64,000 nt of DNA, from the NCBI RefSeq assembly GCF_018350175.1, contig NC_058368.1, positions 100,008,001 through 100,072,000 of the forward strand, read 5' to 3'. Both the position numbers and the translations under genes were made by a program. Below are positions 37,621-49,510 of this stretch, in pieces (within the stretch, counting starts at the first letter, position 1; every line of letters starts with the position of its first letter). The notes under the pieces are model-generated. The model worked only from the letters and a program-made list of their open reading frames with translations. It made no database searches and was not told the origin of the DNA. Source of the stretch: Felis catus. Lineage: Eukaryota.

Positions 37621-37649
37621 CATTTTTATGATTCTTAATAACTTAGATT

Positions 37650-38010
37650 AGCTCTCCCTAACTGAGATTTAGGAATTCAGGGATCCAATAACTGCCTGAA
37701 ATTATGTGTAAATTGGTGTTTATATGTGTGTCTCGGGGGGGGGGGGGGGATGTCCACATGTTTCAACAGATTCTCTCTCTCTCTCTCTCTCTTTTTTAAC
37801 TTTACTTATTTTGAGAGAGAGAAGGTGCGAGCAGGGGAATGACAGAGAGGGGCAGAGAGAATCCCAAGCAGGCTCAATGCTGTCAGCCTGGAGCCTGACA
37901 CAGAAATGAATCCCATGAGCTGTGGGATCATAACCTAAGCCAAAACCAAGAGTCAGACGGTTAACTGACTGAGCCACCCACACACCCCAGATTCTCAAAT
38001 GTTTACAAAT
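37650..38010 (+). mobile_element. MER117-like hAT-Charlie MITE interrupted by a SINE
   Basis: TTCAGGGATCC..CCTGAAATTATGTGTAAATT..TCCACATGTTTCAACAGATTCTC; resumes as CAGATTCTCAAA after the SINE. Confidence 0.5.
37790..37988 (-). mobile_element. CAN-SINE (antisense in intron 1)
   Basis: Reverse SINE; CAGATTCTC duplicated on both sides. Confidence 0.9.
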
Positions 38011-40737
38011 CTCTGGTATTATTTTTGTGATATTGATACTCATTATCTGTGCAAAATTTTTAAGGCTTTTTCTTTTAATAAATTATGTGGCCATCTAATT
38101 TATAGCATGGTTAATTTTCCAAAATATCTTTTGTGAAAATAAAAAGCCTGCCTGCACAGGCACCTATTGTACTGACTTTCATTGTCTTCTACCCTTAATG
38201 TTTTTATTCATTTCAAAAATTTTCCAAGGAGAATAGCTGACATTTATAGACGACTTCCTGATTCTCAGTTCTTAAAATAATGTTTATTCTTCTTAAGTAT
38301 GTAAAATCTTCCCTTTTTAATGTTACCTCTATTTTTCTTTTAAAAAATCACTTTATACTTCACTTTATGATTATTTATTACATGTTTTATCTTGACCTGT
38401 ACTTTATGTGGAGACTATCTAACTGACTTATAGCAGCTTCCCTGACTTTAAGCATAGTACCTAGTTTGTACAGTTAACAATGAGTAAATGGTGTTGGGCA
38501 GAGGACAGTATGGATAGCTCAACCTGAGGTACTTCATGTTCACATGAACGATGGAAATCTCCTAACTGTAGACTTTTTTTTTCTCCCTCTCCAATGAAGT
38601 GGAGAAAGGATGCACAATTGGAAACAACAATGCCCTAGCATGTAGTAAGTACACAATTTGCAAAACTAGTGCTGGATTTGCTCCAGTCATCTCTTTCTTT
38701 AGGCAGCAGTGACATGCACAATCAGAATTAGGAGGTGAAACAATCTCATTATGAACTTTAATTCCATAGGGGGCCAAGGGCCTTTATGTGAAACAGACAT
38801 TATTTTGTTTCTGATAGCACATTACCAAGAAGCTCATTAGAAAATTGCTTTCTACCTCCTCTTAGATCCTAAACGTGAAACAGAATTGCCAGAGAACAAA
38901 GTGATTTGTCTCCATGTATTGTAAAAGATAAAAATGTCAAGAGCATGTTTGTATGTGCTTTTGAAGTTGCAAAGCTTCTATTTCATAATTGAGTGTGTAG
39001 TCCTTTTTAATATTTTTTACTGAAATAGTAAATGAGGGTCTGTCCAAAAGAAGGAACTGTTTTCTGTTCTGTTGTTAAACTATTCTGAGAAGTTGTGCTA
39101 GGTGGCAGCATATGCTCAATGATTAAGTTATAATCACCAAGTATTCTAGAATTTTTAAATTGTTGCTTGTCAAAAATAAAAAAGTATAATTCAACAGTAA
39201 ATTATCCAAGCGGCCAAATTAGAAGTCCTCTGTATAATTAATACCATAATAACTAATAATAAGTTATCATATCATAATTAATTGTATCAAATATGAAATT
39301 GTTCAGTCATATGGAAAATGACATAACAAATGTCTCTATAATCTCATTCTTGTGTTTAGCAAGTGTCAATGTTTTGCCATATTCTAATGCTTAATTCCAC
39401 TCACCTTCTCTGTTTCAGAAGTAATTATTATTCTTTCAGTGTTATTTTATTATCTATATGTTTAATTTAGTAGCATATTTACCAGCATGTATTATGTTAC
39501 GTGTACCCACAGTGTTTATGTTGTATATTTTTATACTTTACGTGTGTTACTGTATTAATGCAGTGTCATACCACATGTATTGTTCTAAAAATTACTTTTC
39601 ATCACTTTCAGAGTTTACTCCTAATTATACTTGCATATGTCCTGCGTTTAGAATACCACATTGTTTGTGCTTTACTTATTTGCATTATTTTATGTCTAAT
39701 GTAGCATTTTATAGGAAGGCTGCTGTGAACGGTCCTGTGCGTAGCCATTTCCTATTGTTGGAGATGTATCCTCTGGATAGATTTCCTAGAAATAGCATTT
39801 TTATCAGATGTTGCCAGAGTTCCCTCCAGAAGGAGTACACCAGTTTGTAGTCCTCTATCAATAGCACGTGAGAGTGCCTATTTCCTAACAGCCTCATGGA
39901 CATGATGTGCCATGATTGTGTGTGTGTGTCACGGTCTGATAGATGGGTAATGAAACACAGGTATGCTCAGATTTTTCTTAGCACTGCAAGCTCCCTTAGA
40001 GCAATACAAGGTCTAAGGAGCAATTGTTTTCTAATAACTATGGGATTTTGTTATAGGTTAATTTAATTGCATGACAAAGTCAATGAATTACCAAAAGATG
40101 CTGGCTAGTAGTCTGGTTCTCAGATAGCTAACAAGGGTCAATTCACAGTAGTATTTTTATCTTGGGACCGTAGTTTGCTCTCAGCTTTATATATCAGAAA
40201 CTTGGTATCCTTGTCACCCCAAAAGTATAGCTCACTCTTTCAAAAGCAAATTCACATTAACCATAGCTTATAAGAGTCTGTATAAGTGAGAAAGCTAGTT
40301 TATTAAATGTATCTAATGTAGGACAGTAATGCTTACATTGCAAAAGATTCTTTCACTGCTGACCTCCACTGGCTGCACACAGTTCATTGTTGGGCTCTGA
40401 TACATGTGTCCCCATAATTCAGTTATTCCAGTACAAATTGTATTACTCGTCTCTGAACTGGGAAATCTTCTTTGGAATCTTGAATTAGACACTGCTAGCT
40501 TTTGCTCTTTGTGGCTCCCTTTCCTGTGTTTATGTTGATTCTTCCCCATATGCCCACATGTCTTTCCTCAAGCAGGTGTATTAGCTTTCCACTTAATTTA
40601 GTTATGATCTTATTTTTGTACTGTCTACCTAAGAGTTGACCCAAGTTATGTTAATGTGTTAAGATTTTACCAGGTAAACTGAGAGCATCCATATGCCTAA
40701 GTTCTCATTGACACCTCACTTTGAGTATATGCATCAG

Positions 40738-40740
<3 letters not shown>

Positions 40741-40781
<41 letters not shown>
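40741..40781. repeat. (TG)~20 microsatellite
   Basis: Directly visible. Confidence 0.95.
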
Positions 40782-40783
<2 letters not shown>

Positions 40784-41981
40784 TTTTCTTCTGCTCTTAC
40801 AAATTAAATACATTCTTTTGCTGCTTGGAAGCCCTCAGCTTGGATTTGGCAGTCTTGCTGGTCATGACCTACAGATTTGTCCTTCAGTTTCTTTCTTCAA
40901 GCTCTTTCCTTTTACTTTTTCTCCTTTTTATTTCTTCTTTGTCAACACGTTTCATTTCCATTATTATGCCTCTGTTTTCTCCTCGCTGTCTTTACTTCTC
41001 TTTCCTTCCTTCCCTCCCAGACAGTATCATACTTATTTCACATTTCTAAAAGTGATAGTTCTGTTTGCTTTCGGTTGGGAAACCCAAGAACATTGCCCTT
41101 AAGTAGTGCATTGGCCTTCTGACAGTATTGAATGTTTTAGGACTATTTGTTGACTTGTGGGTTTTCTGTCAACCAACTTCATAATTCCTAGGTGCAAATG
41201 AATTTTGCATTTGTAACTAATTTGCATGGTACCTGTTTGTCACTTTTGCAAAAATAAAGTTAAGGGCTTGAAGAAAGTGAAGTGCTTGAGGCAAGCAGTT
41301 GTGAGAAAAATAAAATTATAATTCCATTGTTACATAAAATGAATGTACTTAGTTTTCTAATATAGTAATGACATTTTTTTATAGCTTGCACAGAAATCCT
41401 GGAAAAGTCAATACGTTAGAGAAGCATTTTTTGGTTTTGACGTGAAGCTGCTTACGTAAAGCATTCCCTTTTCATTTAGAATTCCCTAATGCAGTAATGA
41501 CAAACATAGTGCTTCTTAAATTGGAGTTTTAAAATTGGAATCTAGCTTTCCCATGATCGGAACATAACTGAGGACCAACTCTGCTCACTGTAGTTTCTTA
41601 GTCACGTGTGACTCACAGCAGATAGCAAAAGAGCATATAATCACTTCATGCAACTTCAGGGTGCAGCAATTAGAAACAGTTATTAATATATTCTAATGCA
41701 TAATTTGTCACTCACTATCGATTTATAAAGGACTTTCAAAAAAAAAATGTATCCTAAACTCCTACTTTGCTGTGTATGAAATGTAAGCTTTTCTCACTTA
41801 AACCTGGTCTAAATGGCTTTTTATTTGTACAAGTAAATTTTTTTTTCTCAATCTAACTTCAAAATAAATTCCAAAGAGGTTAGCATATCTAGTGGGAGAA
41901 AAACCTGATTACTCTGCACTTTGTTAATATATTATACATATGAAACAGTGAATGAACAAGTGAGTATTGTAGACTTTCTGG

Positions 41982-44300
41982 TCATTTATTTAACACATGT
42001 TTATTGAAAACTTACACTATACCATCACTATGTTAGGTGTTTAGATGTAATGTTGACTAAAACCAGACACTTGATCCTTATGGAATTTATAACCTACTGG
42101 GAAGAAGACACATTAGATTGTAATCGGATTACTAGTAAAATATTAAACTTAAAATAATGGTTATGATAAGTTCTAGTAGCACTCTTTAAGTGTTTATATA
42201 GGCGTATTTTGACCCACTTAAGAAAGCCAGAAAAGATTTTACTGAGAAATGACAGTTGAGCCAAAATCAGAAGGATAAGAAAGAGCATGCCTACCAGAGG
42301 AAACAGCAAGTGTAAAGGCTTGGTAATAGGTGGGAGCATGGTGAGGACCAAGGAATAAAAGAAAGCCCGTGTGCCATCCTAAGATAAATTGGGAACCACC
42401 GAAGAGAATAAAGTAAAGGTCTGTCATCAGATCTCTGTGTTAAAAAATGTATTCTAAGTTGTGGATAACTGATTGGAGAGAGGCAGGAATGGATGTAGAG
42501 AAACCAGTTAGCAGTAACTCAGCCAGGAGAGCTAGGAGGTCAAGATAGGGGAAAAAGCAGTACAGTTTGAGATATAATTAGGAGATAAAATTAACCCAAC
42601 TTGGTAACAGATTCATTGTGAGGGATTTAGAAAAGAGAACTACTTATAACGAGCCCGGGGTTTATAATTGAACAAAAGGATTGTTCTTTTCCATGAAATA
42701 TGAAACAACAAAAAGAATCCATTTGGGGGTGAAGAACATGAGTTTAAATGTAAGTTGTAGATGAGTTTAAGCATGCTTAAAAGGAACTGTCAAGTAGAGA
42801 GTTGAACGCTTAGGTCTGGAGCTAAAAGAAATCTGAGCTGAAGGCAGAAATTACTGAGTCACCGTTGTTTAGTTGGCAAATTACAATATACATAGGTAAG
42901 ATCACTTAGGGCTAACAAGTATATTGTGAAAAGAAGAATTGGTTTAGGATTGTCCTTTGAACTTTATGACTGGTTTAAAGTGGATGAGCCTTCAAAGAAG
43001 ACCAAGGTGGAGTGGCTAGAGATGATGGAGGAAACCCAGGAGAGTATTCTGTTATGGAAAGCAAGGGGAAAGTGTTCCAAGAAGGAGAAAGTGGTCAACA
43101 GTGTCAAATGCTTCTGAGACTTCAAGTGAAATGAAGCCTGAAACATTCCGTTGGATTTGAGGGACTTTTAAAAATCATCGGTATCTTTTGTGACAGCTCT
43201 TAGTGGAATAATGGGGATGGAAATCCAACTGAAATTATGTGATATTCAGAAGTGGAGATAGGGAGTTTGAACCTGTCTGAAAGCTTGGCTCTGAGGCATT
43301 TGTAGAGAGAAGGTACTCCTAGTGATCTGCATAGTGAGGATGTTTTGTCTGTCTTGTCTCTAGTGAAAATGAGTCAAGCTTGAATAAAAATTAATAGAAA
43401 CAAAACAATTAATGGAAACATCCATGTAAGAGATTGACAGAGTTAGAGTAAAGGGACAGTCTATAGTAAAGGTTCTAAGAAGGCAGAAAAGATGAGATCC
43501 AAAACACAACTAGAACATTACCATCAGATGCTGTGTAGGGGAATTTCTTACATTGTAACTTTATGAATAGAGGATAATTTGCATTCATGGTGGTAGGTGG
43601 TAGAAAGATGATGGATCCCATCTGATGTTCGTCTTCTCTAGGAAATTGGAAAAGAGAGAGGAAGAGGAAGGTCTCTTGTTTTAGAGAGCAAAGGTTTAAA
43701 ATAGTCATTGTGGAAGGAATTAGTCAGAAACGTAGGATAGGAGTTAAGAGTATTGGGCCCATTTCAGTTTAGTTGTGATGAATTTAAAGTAGATAGAATG
43801 TATTTCCCAGCTATTGGGGTGCTGTGATAAAGAACTCAGGATATTGTTTTCATCCAGGATTAACTAGAGGGATTGCTAAAAGGAGGGATAGGGGAGTTTC
43901 AGGTATTCACAAGTGTTGATGATGCATATGACTTGAATAAAAGGAAAGTTTGAAAGAAGAAGACTAATCATATGAGAGAAAGTATAGGGGTCAGTGAACT
44001 GGTGGTTACAATGAAGTCAAAAATGGTTGTAGTGGTTAGACTTGAAAAAGGAAGTTAATAGACATTTTGGTCTTAGTGTGGAGTATTTGAATTAATGGGT
44101 GCTGAGATAGAATAGTTTAGGTCATAAAGAGGAAATGAAGAAGTGAGGATATAATAATGGCTAGGTTGTAACATGGACATCCATGTCACCTGGAATGGTG
44201 GAAAATGTTAGGGCGGAAATAAATTGTAAGTCGGTTGCCAGTATTTTCAAGGAATAAGCAGGTGAGTTGTATTGAGGGTAAGAGAATAGCCAAATGCAAG
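41982..44300 (-). mobile_element. Long degraded L2 LINE
   Basis: TCATTTATTTAACACATGTTTATTG (reverse of the L2 3' end) followed by ~2.3 kb of purine-rich L2-like motifs. Confidence 0.65.
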
Positions 44301-44464
44301 AGCCTTGAAGAGACAGGATCATGTTGATGTTGTTATTTCAGTAAGGAGAATTTGAGGGATTGTATGTGCCAGGCATTCTTTCAAGGCCCAGAAAGCATCA
44401 TGTAAATCCCACAAGGCCCCTGTCCTCTTGGGAGTGCCCAGAGCATTGAAAATGATGGCCGCTT

Positions 44465-44687
44465 GGGGCGCCAGGGTGGCTCAGTCGGTTAAGCTTCCGA
44501 CTTCGGCCCAGGTCATGATCTCACAGTTCATGAGTTTGAGCCCCGCGTCCTCTGTGCTGACAGCTCAGAGCCTGGAGCCTGCTTTGGATTCTGTGTCTCA
44601 TTCTCTCTCTGCCCCTTCCCCACTTGTGCTCTGTTTCTCTCTCTCTTTCAAAAATAAATAAACGTTAAAATTAAAAAAAAAAAAAAA
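44465..44687 (+). mobile_element. CAN-SINE, ~900 bp upstream of exon 2
   Basis: Canonical head, body and tail; GATGGCC repeated on both flanks. Confidence 0.94.
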
Positions 44688-45590
44688 GATGGCCATGTGA
44701 ATAAATAGAGACAGTTCACTGAAATAGATGCTGCCTACAAAGTTTACTAGGGATGCAAACGTCAGACGGGTTATCTCTGTCTGAAGAAGTCATTGGAAAT
44801 TTTCTCAGGAAAGATTTTATCTGAACTGAATTTTATTTAGTTCTTAAAGTGGAGAAGGGAAGAAGGGCATTATAAGGAATGATATATGACTCCTAATAAT
44901 GATAGACGAAATACAAACTCAGAATGATAGCATCGTGTTGTACTAAGTACTGTTATAACATGTAGTTCTTCATTATTAGAATATTTCCACTTCTTGGCTG
45001 ATCTTTCTGTTGTTTCATTCTTAGAGTTCAACACTCCTCTCTAATAGGATGATTTAAAGCATCTGTCAGTGTGTGTGCGTGTGCGCATGCCCCTTGTGTT
45101 TTTCACATCTCTTTTAAAGTTATGCTTGAAATTTGTTACTGGAAACAAATGCAAGGGATGCTGCATAAATAAGGAAAATGTTACCACTTTCACACGTTTG
45201 TTTTTGGTAATATGAACACTCAGTAAATTAAATTCCTACCATTATAGGTGAAGCTCTGTTTTAAACCCAAGAGAACCAAGATGAATATGACGCTCTCCCA
45301 TCTCAGGGAGCTCAAAACACAAGTGCAGTATTAAAATACTAATCACCGAGAATGCTGTGACTTTTTAAAAAATTGTAACTCATTTCTCTTAAGTCCTCAG
45401 ACACATTTTTAGAATGTTGATTTATTGCTTCAGTGTTGATGGAACAAGTTGGATTTCATCTAACTGTAACTGTGCTTAAAAATTCAGTTAGAGTGACTAG
45501 ACTTAATCTCTAATATTAAGATTCAAAATAAAGTGTGTTTCTCCTTGAATGAAGAGAATACCTTTCTAATTTTGGTTTCATTCCTCAAAG

Positions 45591-45679
45591 GTTGTGAAGA
45601 TGAGAAAAGACGTGAAGAGAATCCGAGTGCTGGTTATCCGAAAACTTGTCAGAAGCGTTGGCAGACTCAAGTCAAAAAA
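45591..45679 (+). CDS. SRFBP1: SRFBP1 coding exon 2 ([29 protein letters not shown], then split K)
   Basis: Acceptor TTTCATTCCTCAAAG|G; 89 nt; donor AAA|GTTAGT, phase 2; peptide matches SRFBP1. Confidence 0.95.
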
Positions 45680-46710
45680 GTTAGTCATTTGAAGTCATGG
45701 TCCTATGACTAATGAAATGTCAGAAGTTGTTTTTATTCAGTATTTACAAAATCTGAGGGTGGGACCTGGAGAAATAATTAAGTATCTTACTCATGCAGCA
45801 CTTTTTTTTATACGGAGAGGGGGTCTGAGTGGGATACAGTGTGCTATGTCAGCACATCCTCACGTGGTCTGGGCCACGTTTGTTTAAGATACATGATGAA
45901 TTCTGCTGTTCTTGCAGAGCTCTCATTTTGGAAGCCTTTGCAGAGTGAAAGTCCTTCAGAGTTACTTACGTGTTTTGTGTTATTAGAAGTTATTTTAAGA
46001 TGTTTGATGTCGTTTAATAAATCTGGTAATACCTTGAATCAGTAATAAAAATTTTATAGCACTTTATCCATTGAATTGCTACGTAAGTTGAAATCTTTAG
46101 AACCTTGTGGAAGTCTTTATCAAAGCATTGTTTTCCATCAATTTTTAAATATTTTGAAACCTCATTGTCACTAATATTAAAGTAAATGTGTTACTTGCAG
46201 TTTTTACTCATTAAGCATGGTCTTCAGATATTTTGCTCCTGCTTAATTTCTTGTTCTTTCTATTATAAATAACCTTTTTCTCTGATATAATCAGGTATTT
46301 CTCTTTCTGTATTCCTTTAATTGCAGAGAATAAAATTTTGTTGAATAAAATTGTATCCAAACTTTAATGGTAGCTCATTAGCCTATGTTACGTTAAATGC
46401 AGTGTGCTGTTAATCATTTGATTAAAAAATATTATTTCGCCTTTCCTTTAAGGAGTTAAAAGGCATACTGTCTCTCAGTAGTAATAGTCATTAATATAAT
46501 GCCAGATAATGCTTATAATTTGCCAAAAACTTGGGTTTGTTGATGGAATCGGGGTATGTGTTAGGCAGTGGATGTGCAGGACAATGCAGGATAATAGTGC
46601 TTGTTATTTAAAGACTTTTTGTGCTTTTCTAGAAAAAATGAAGACTTATTATGATGTGAGTCTAAAATAAATGCTTTTCCTGGCTGTACATTTTCATGTA
46701 ATTTTTACAG

Positions 46711-46783
46711 GGGTACTGAAGATGCACTGTTAAAAAACCAGAGACGGGCACAACGATTGCTTGAAGAAATTCATGCAATGAAG
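46711..46783 (+). CDS. SRFBP1: SRFBP1 coding exon 3 (split K, then GTEDALLKNQRRAQRLLEEIHAMK)
   Basis: Acceptor ATTTTTACAG|G; 73 nt completes the phase-2 codon; donor AAG|GTCAGG, phase 0; peptide matches SRFBP1. Confidence 0.95.
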
Positions 46784-46841
46784 GTCAGGCCTTGTGTGAG
46801 TGTGAATATACATGTGTGTTTCCATGTCTCCTCTCAGCCTG

Positions 46842-46843
<2 letters not shown>

Positions 46844-46885
<42 letters not shown>
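46844..46885. repeat. (GT)~21 microsatellite just downstream of exon 3
   Basis: Directly visible. Confidence 0.95.
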
Positions 46886-46886
<1 letters not shown>

Positions 46887-49339
46887 GTTATTTGAATGTT
46901 ATTGCTGTTTGAGACTTATTTTTATGGGTCTGTTTGCTGAAGAATGTAGCACATTTAGAAAATTGTATGTTTAAGCTTACATTTTTCCATGTTTTTTACT
47001 GAAGTTGTTAAAGCATTAGAATAATTTGCATCGAAACTCTGCCAAACTAAACTCATCTATGTTTAACAATGCCTCATGCCTAAGATTTTTATTTTTACCC
47101 AAACTACACACATCAAGTCCACGTTAAGTTCTAGAATTAAAGCGTTTATGCTGTTTGGTAATGCGGATGGTGATGTTGGTGGCTGACATCATGCTTTGCC
47201 TATTGCCAATTCAATAAATTTTTGTGTGGTGGTGTCAGCATTTTATTCAGCTCTGTAGTAACTTGAAATAAAATTAGTGTTGGACCAAAATGATCCGTAT
47301 TTTTGTTTCTTTCAGCCAGACTCTTCACTAGCATAATTTTTAGGTCTTCTCACTGCTCTTACTTTGTGGAAACTTTCATTTACCAAATGACATACTATTA
47401 AATGTCTGGGAGACTGTTTTATTGCAGAACTTAAAAACAACATTTGGTACCAGCAATTATCTTAATTGCAGGGTCATTTTGCATGTATGTTTGACTATTA
47501 CGTTTTGGTATATCTTCCAAGTTTTGAGATAGATAAAAGAGCAAGAGATTTCTCTAACAGTATTCTAATTGAGTTAGGTCATCAAAGCTTCTCACCATTT
47601 TTTCCTTTTGAAGGGATTGTAAAGTGTTTTATAACAAAGTTATCACAGTTAATCTGACTAGAAATAAAGGTAGGACATGATTCTCCTTTAGTGTGAATTA
47701 TGTTTTTTATGGGTAATTTGATTTATGTTCACAGGTCTACAAAAATCATGGAATTCATTTGATACATCTTTCCTTTCTCGTAGTTTTAATCCCCGTTTTA
47801 TCAAGACATTCAGTCAAAATATTCTGTATGTGACTCCTAATTATTGTTTGTTTGACTATGGATTACACATCACGTAGGCCTTTCCATAGACCTTTTTTTT
47901 TTTTTTTTTTCTGTGAAATTCCTATGAGAAATAAAATCTTTGGAGATTTTTGTTTTGAGTGTAACACTGAGATAGGAAATTATGATTTATCCCTTTTTCT
48001 CTTTCACTTTCTCTTAACCAAGGTCCTTACTAAATTACATTCCTTACCTAAATTTTTCCCTGTAATTTCTTCCAAATAGTGATTTTTGCAGTCCTAGATT
48101 ATTGAGATGCTTTGAACTACTGTATAACTGCTGATTTTATTTTACCCTGGGAAGGATGTTTTGTATACAGTAAGCCTATATGTGGTGTATGAAGTTTGAG
48201 ATTAAAATATATTCATTAATTTTCCCTTCTGTAGGTCTCAATGATAAATATAGTTTAGTTAATTAAAAAGAAAAGGCCTATTTGGTCTGCATGTGAAAGT
48301 TGTTTTCTGTTATTCTTAAACCTTATCAGCAATAGGAAATCAAGCCCAGTGATAATTCAAGTTTATAGGTTTACAAAATTGCTGTGTCATGACCTTGTGT
48401 GTTTGTTTGTTTGTTTTCCTAGATTATATAAGACCGCTATGGAATTGTTGGCTCATAGAAAGCTAAAAGTTATCACCTGTATGTTCTTTGTATTTGTAAA
48501 ATTAATAGTGTATATATTTCTTTGAATTCTTGGTTCTAGTGGTCTAGATTGGTTACTCTGACATCAACTTCTTTCATAATGCTGCTTAAAAACTGGATTA
48601 CATTTAAATTTAAAAAACCGACTAAAAAGTGTACTAGAAAGACCGTATGCTTTCCTTACATTTGAAATGTTATTTCTCGCTCCAGATTCTTTTACACAAT
48701 CAGTGTACTTTTCTAAAAGAAGCAAATCATAGAGGACTTTGAAAATTGAAAGGTCATCTGTGATTTCTTAAGGAAATGTTCATCATCTACATGGGAGTAT
48801 CAAAGAAATAGTTACAAAACAGAAAACTTACAGTCTCAATTAAATTTGGAGAAAAACCTCTACATAATTGTTTTCCCAGATGAATTTTTTCTTTAGCTCC
48901 TATACCACTACATTTTTATAGACTTGTTCATGACATATCGTCCTATACTTGCCTTCTATGATAATAGGGTATTTTGTTGCAAGCTGACTTCCTCAAGAAG
49001 AAAACCTGAGATATTTTTAGAAATGGGAGTTTGTGTTTTCTGGCCAAGAAAAAAAAAAAAAAAGGCCTGATCTTTATGTTACTTTAAAATCATAGGTTCT
49101 AATTTTATAGACTGTAATGTATGAATACCAGGTCTTTGCTGTCTTTGCTAATAGTATTCATACTTTTAAAACTTTGATGTAAGTACTGTCTTCTGAAACA
49201 GTTCCTTTTTCTTTGGAAGTTAAAGTAGCTTATTAACTTTTACAGATTTTTGTTAGCTAGCCAGAGAAGGAGATAGTAAAATTAAGACATAACATGCAGC
49301 CAACCAAAATGCTCAAGGAATTCCTTCTTAAGTAATAAA

Positions 49340-49510
49340 GGTAATGACTGGCTTTTACTGAGCATTTAGTATGTGCCAGGTACTGTATTGTGTATTTTAT
49401 ATTCATGATTTAATGAAGTTGACATGATTATTGTCTCAGTCTTACAGAATACAAAACTGAGGCTTAGAGAAATTAAGCAGGTTGACCAAGGTCACACAGC
49501 TATTAGGGGA
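49340..49510 (-). mobile_element. MIR SINE
   Basis: TTTACTGAGCATTTAGTATGTGCCAGG..TTACAG..AAACTGAGGCTTAGAGA..CCAAGGTCACACAGCT. Confidence 0.85.
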
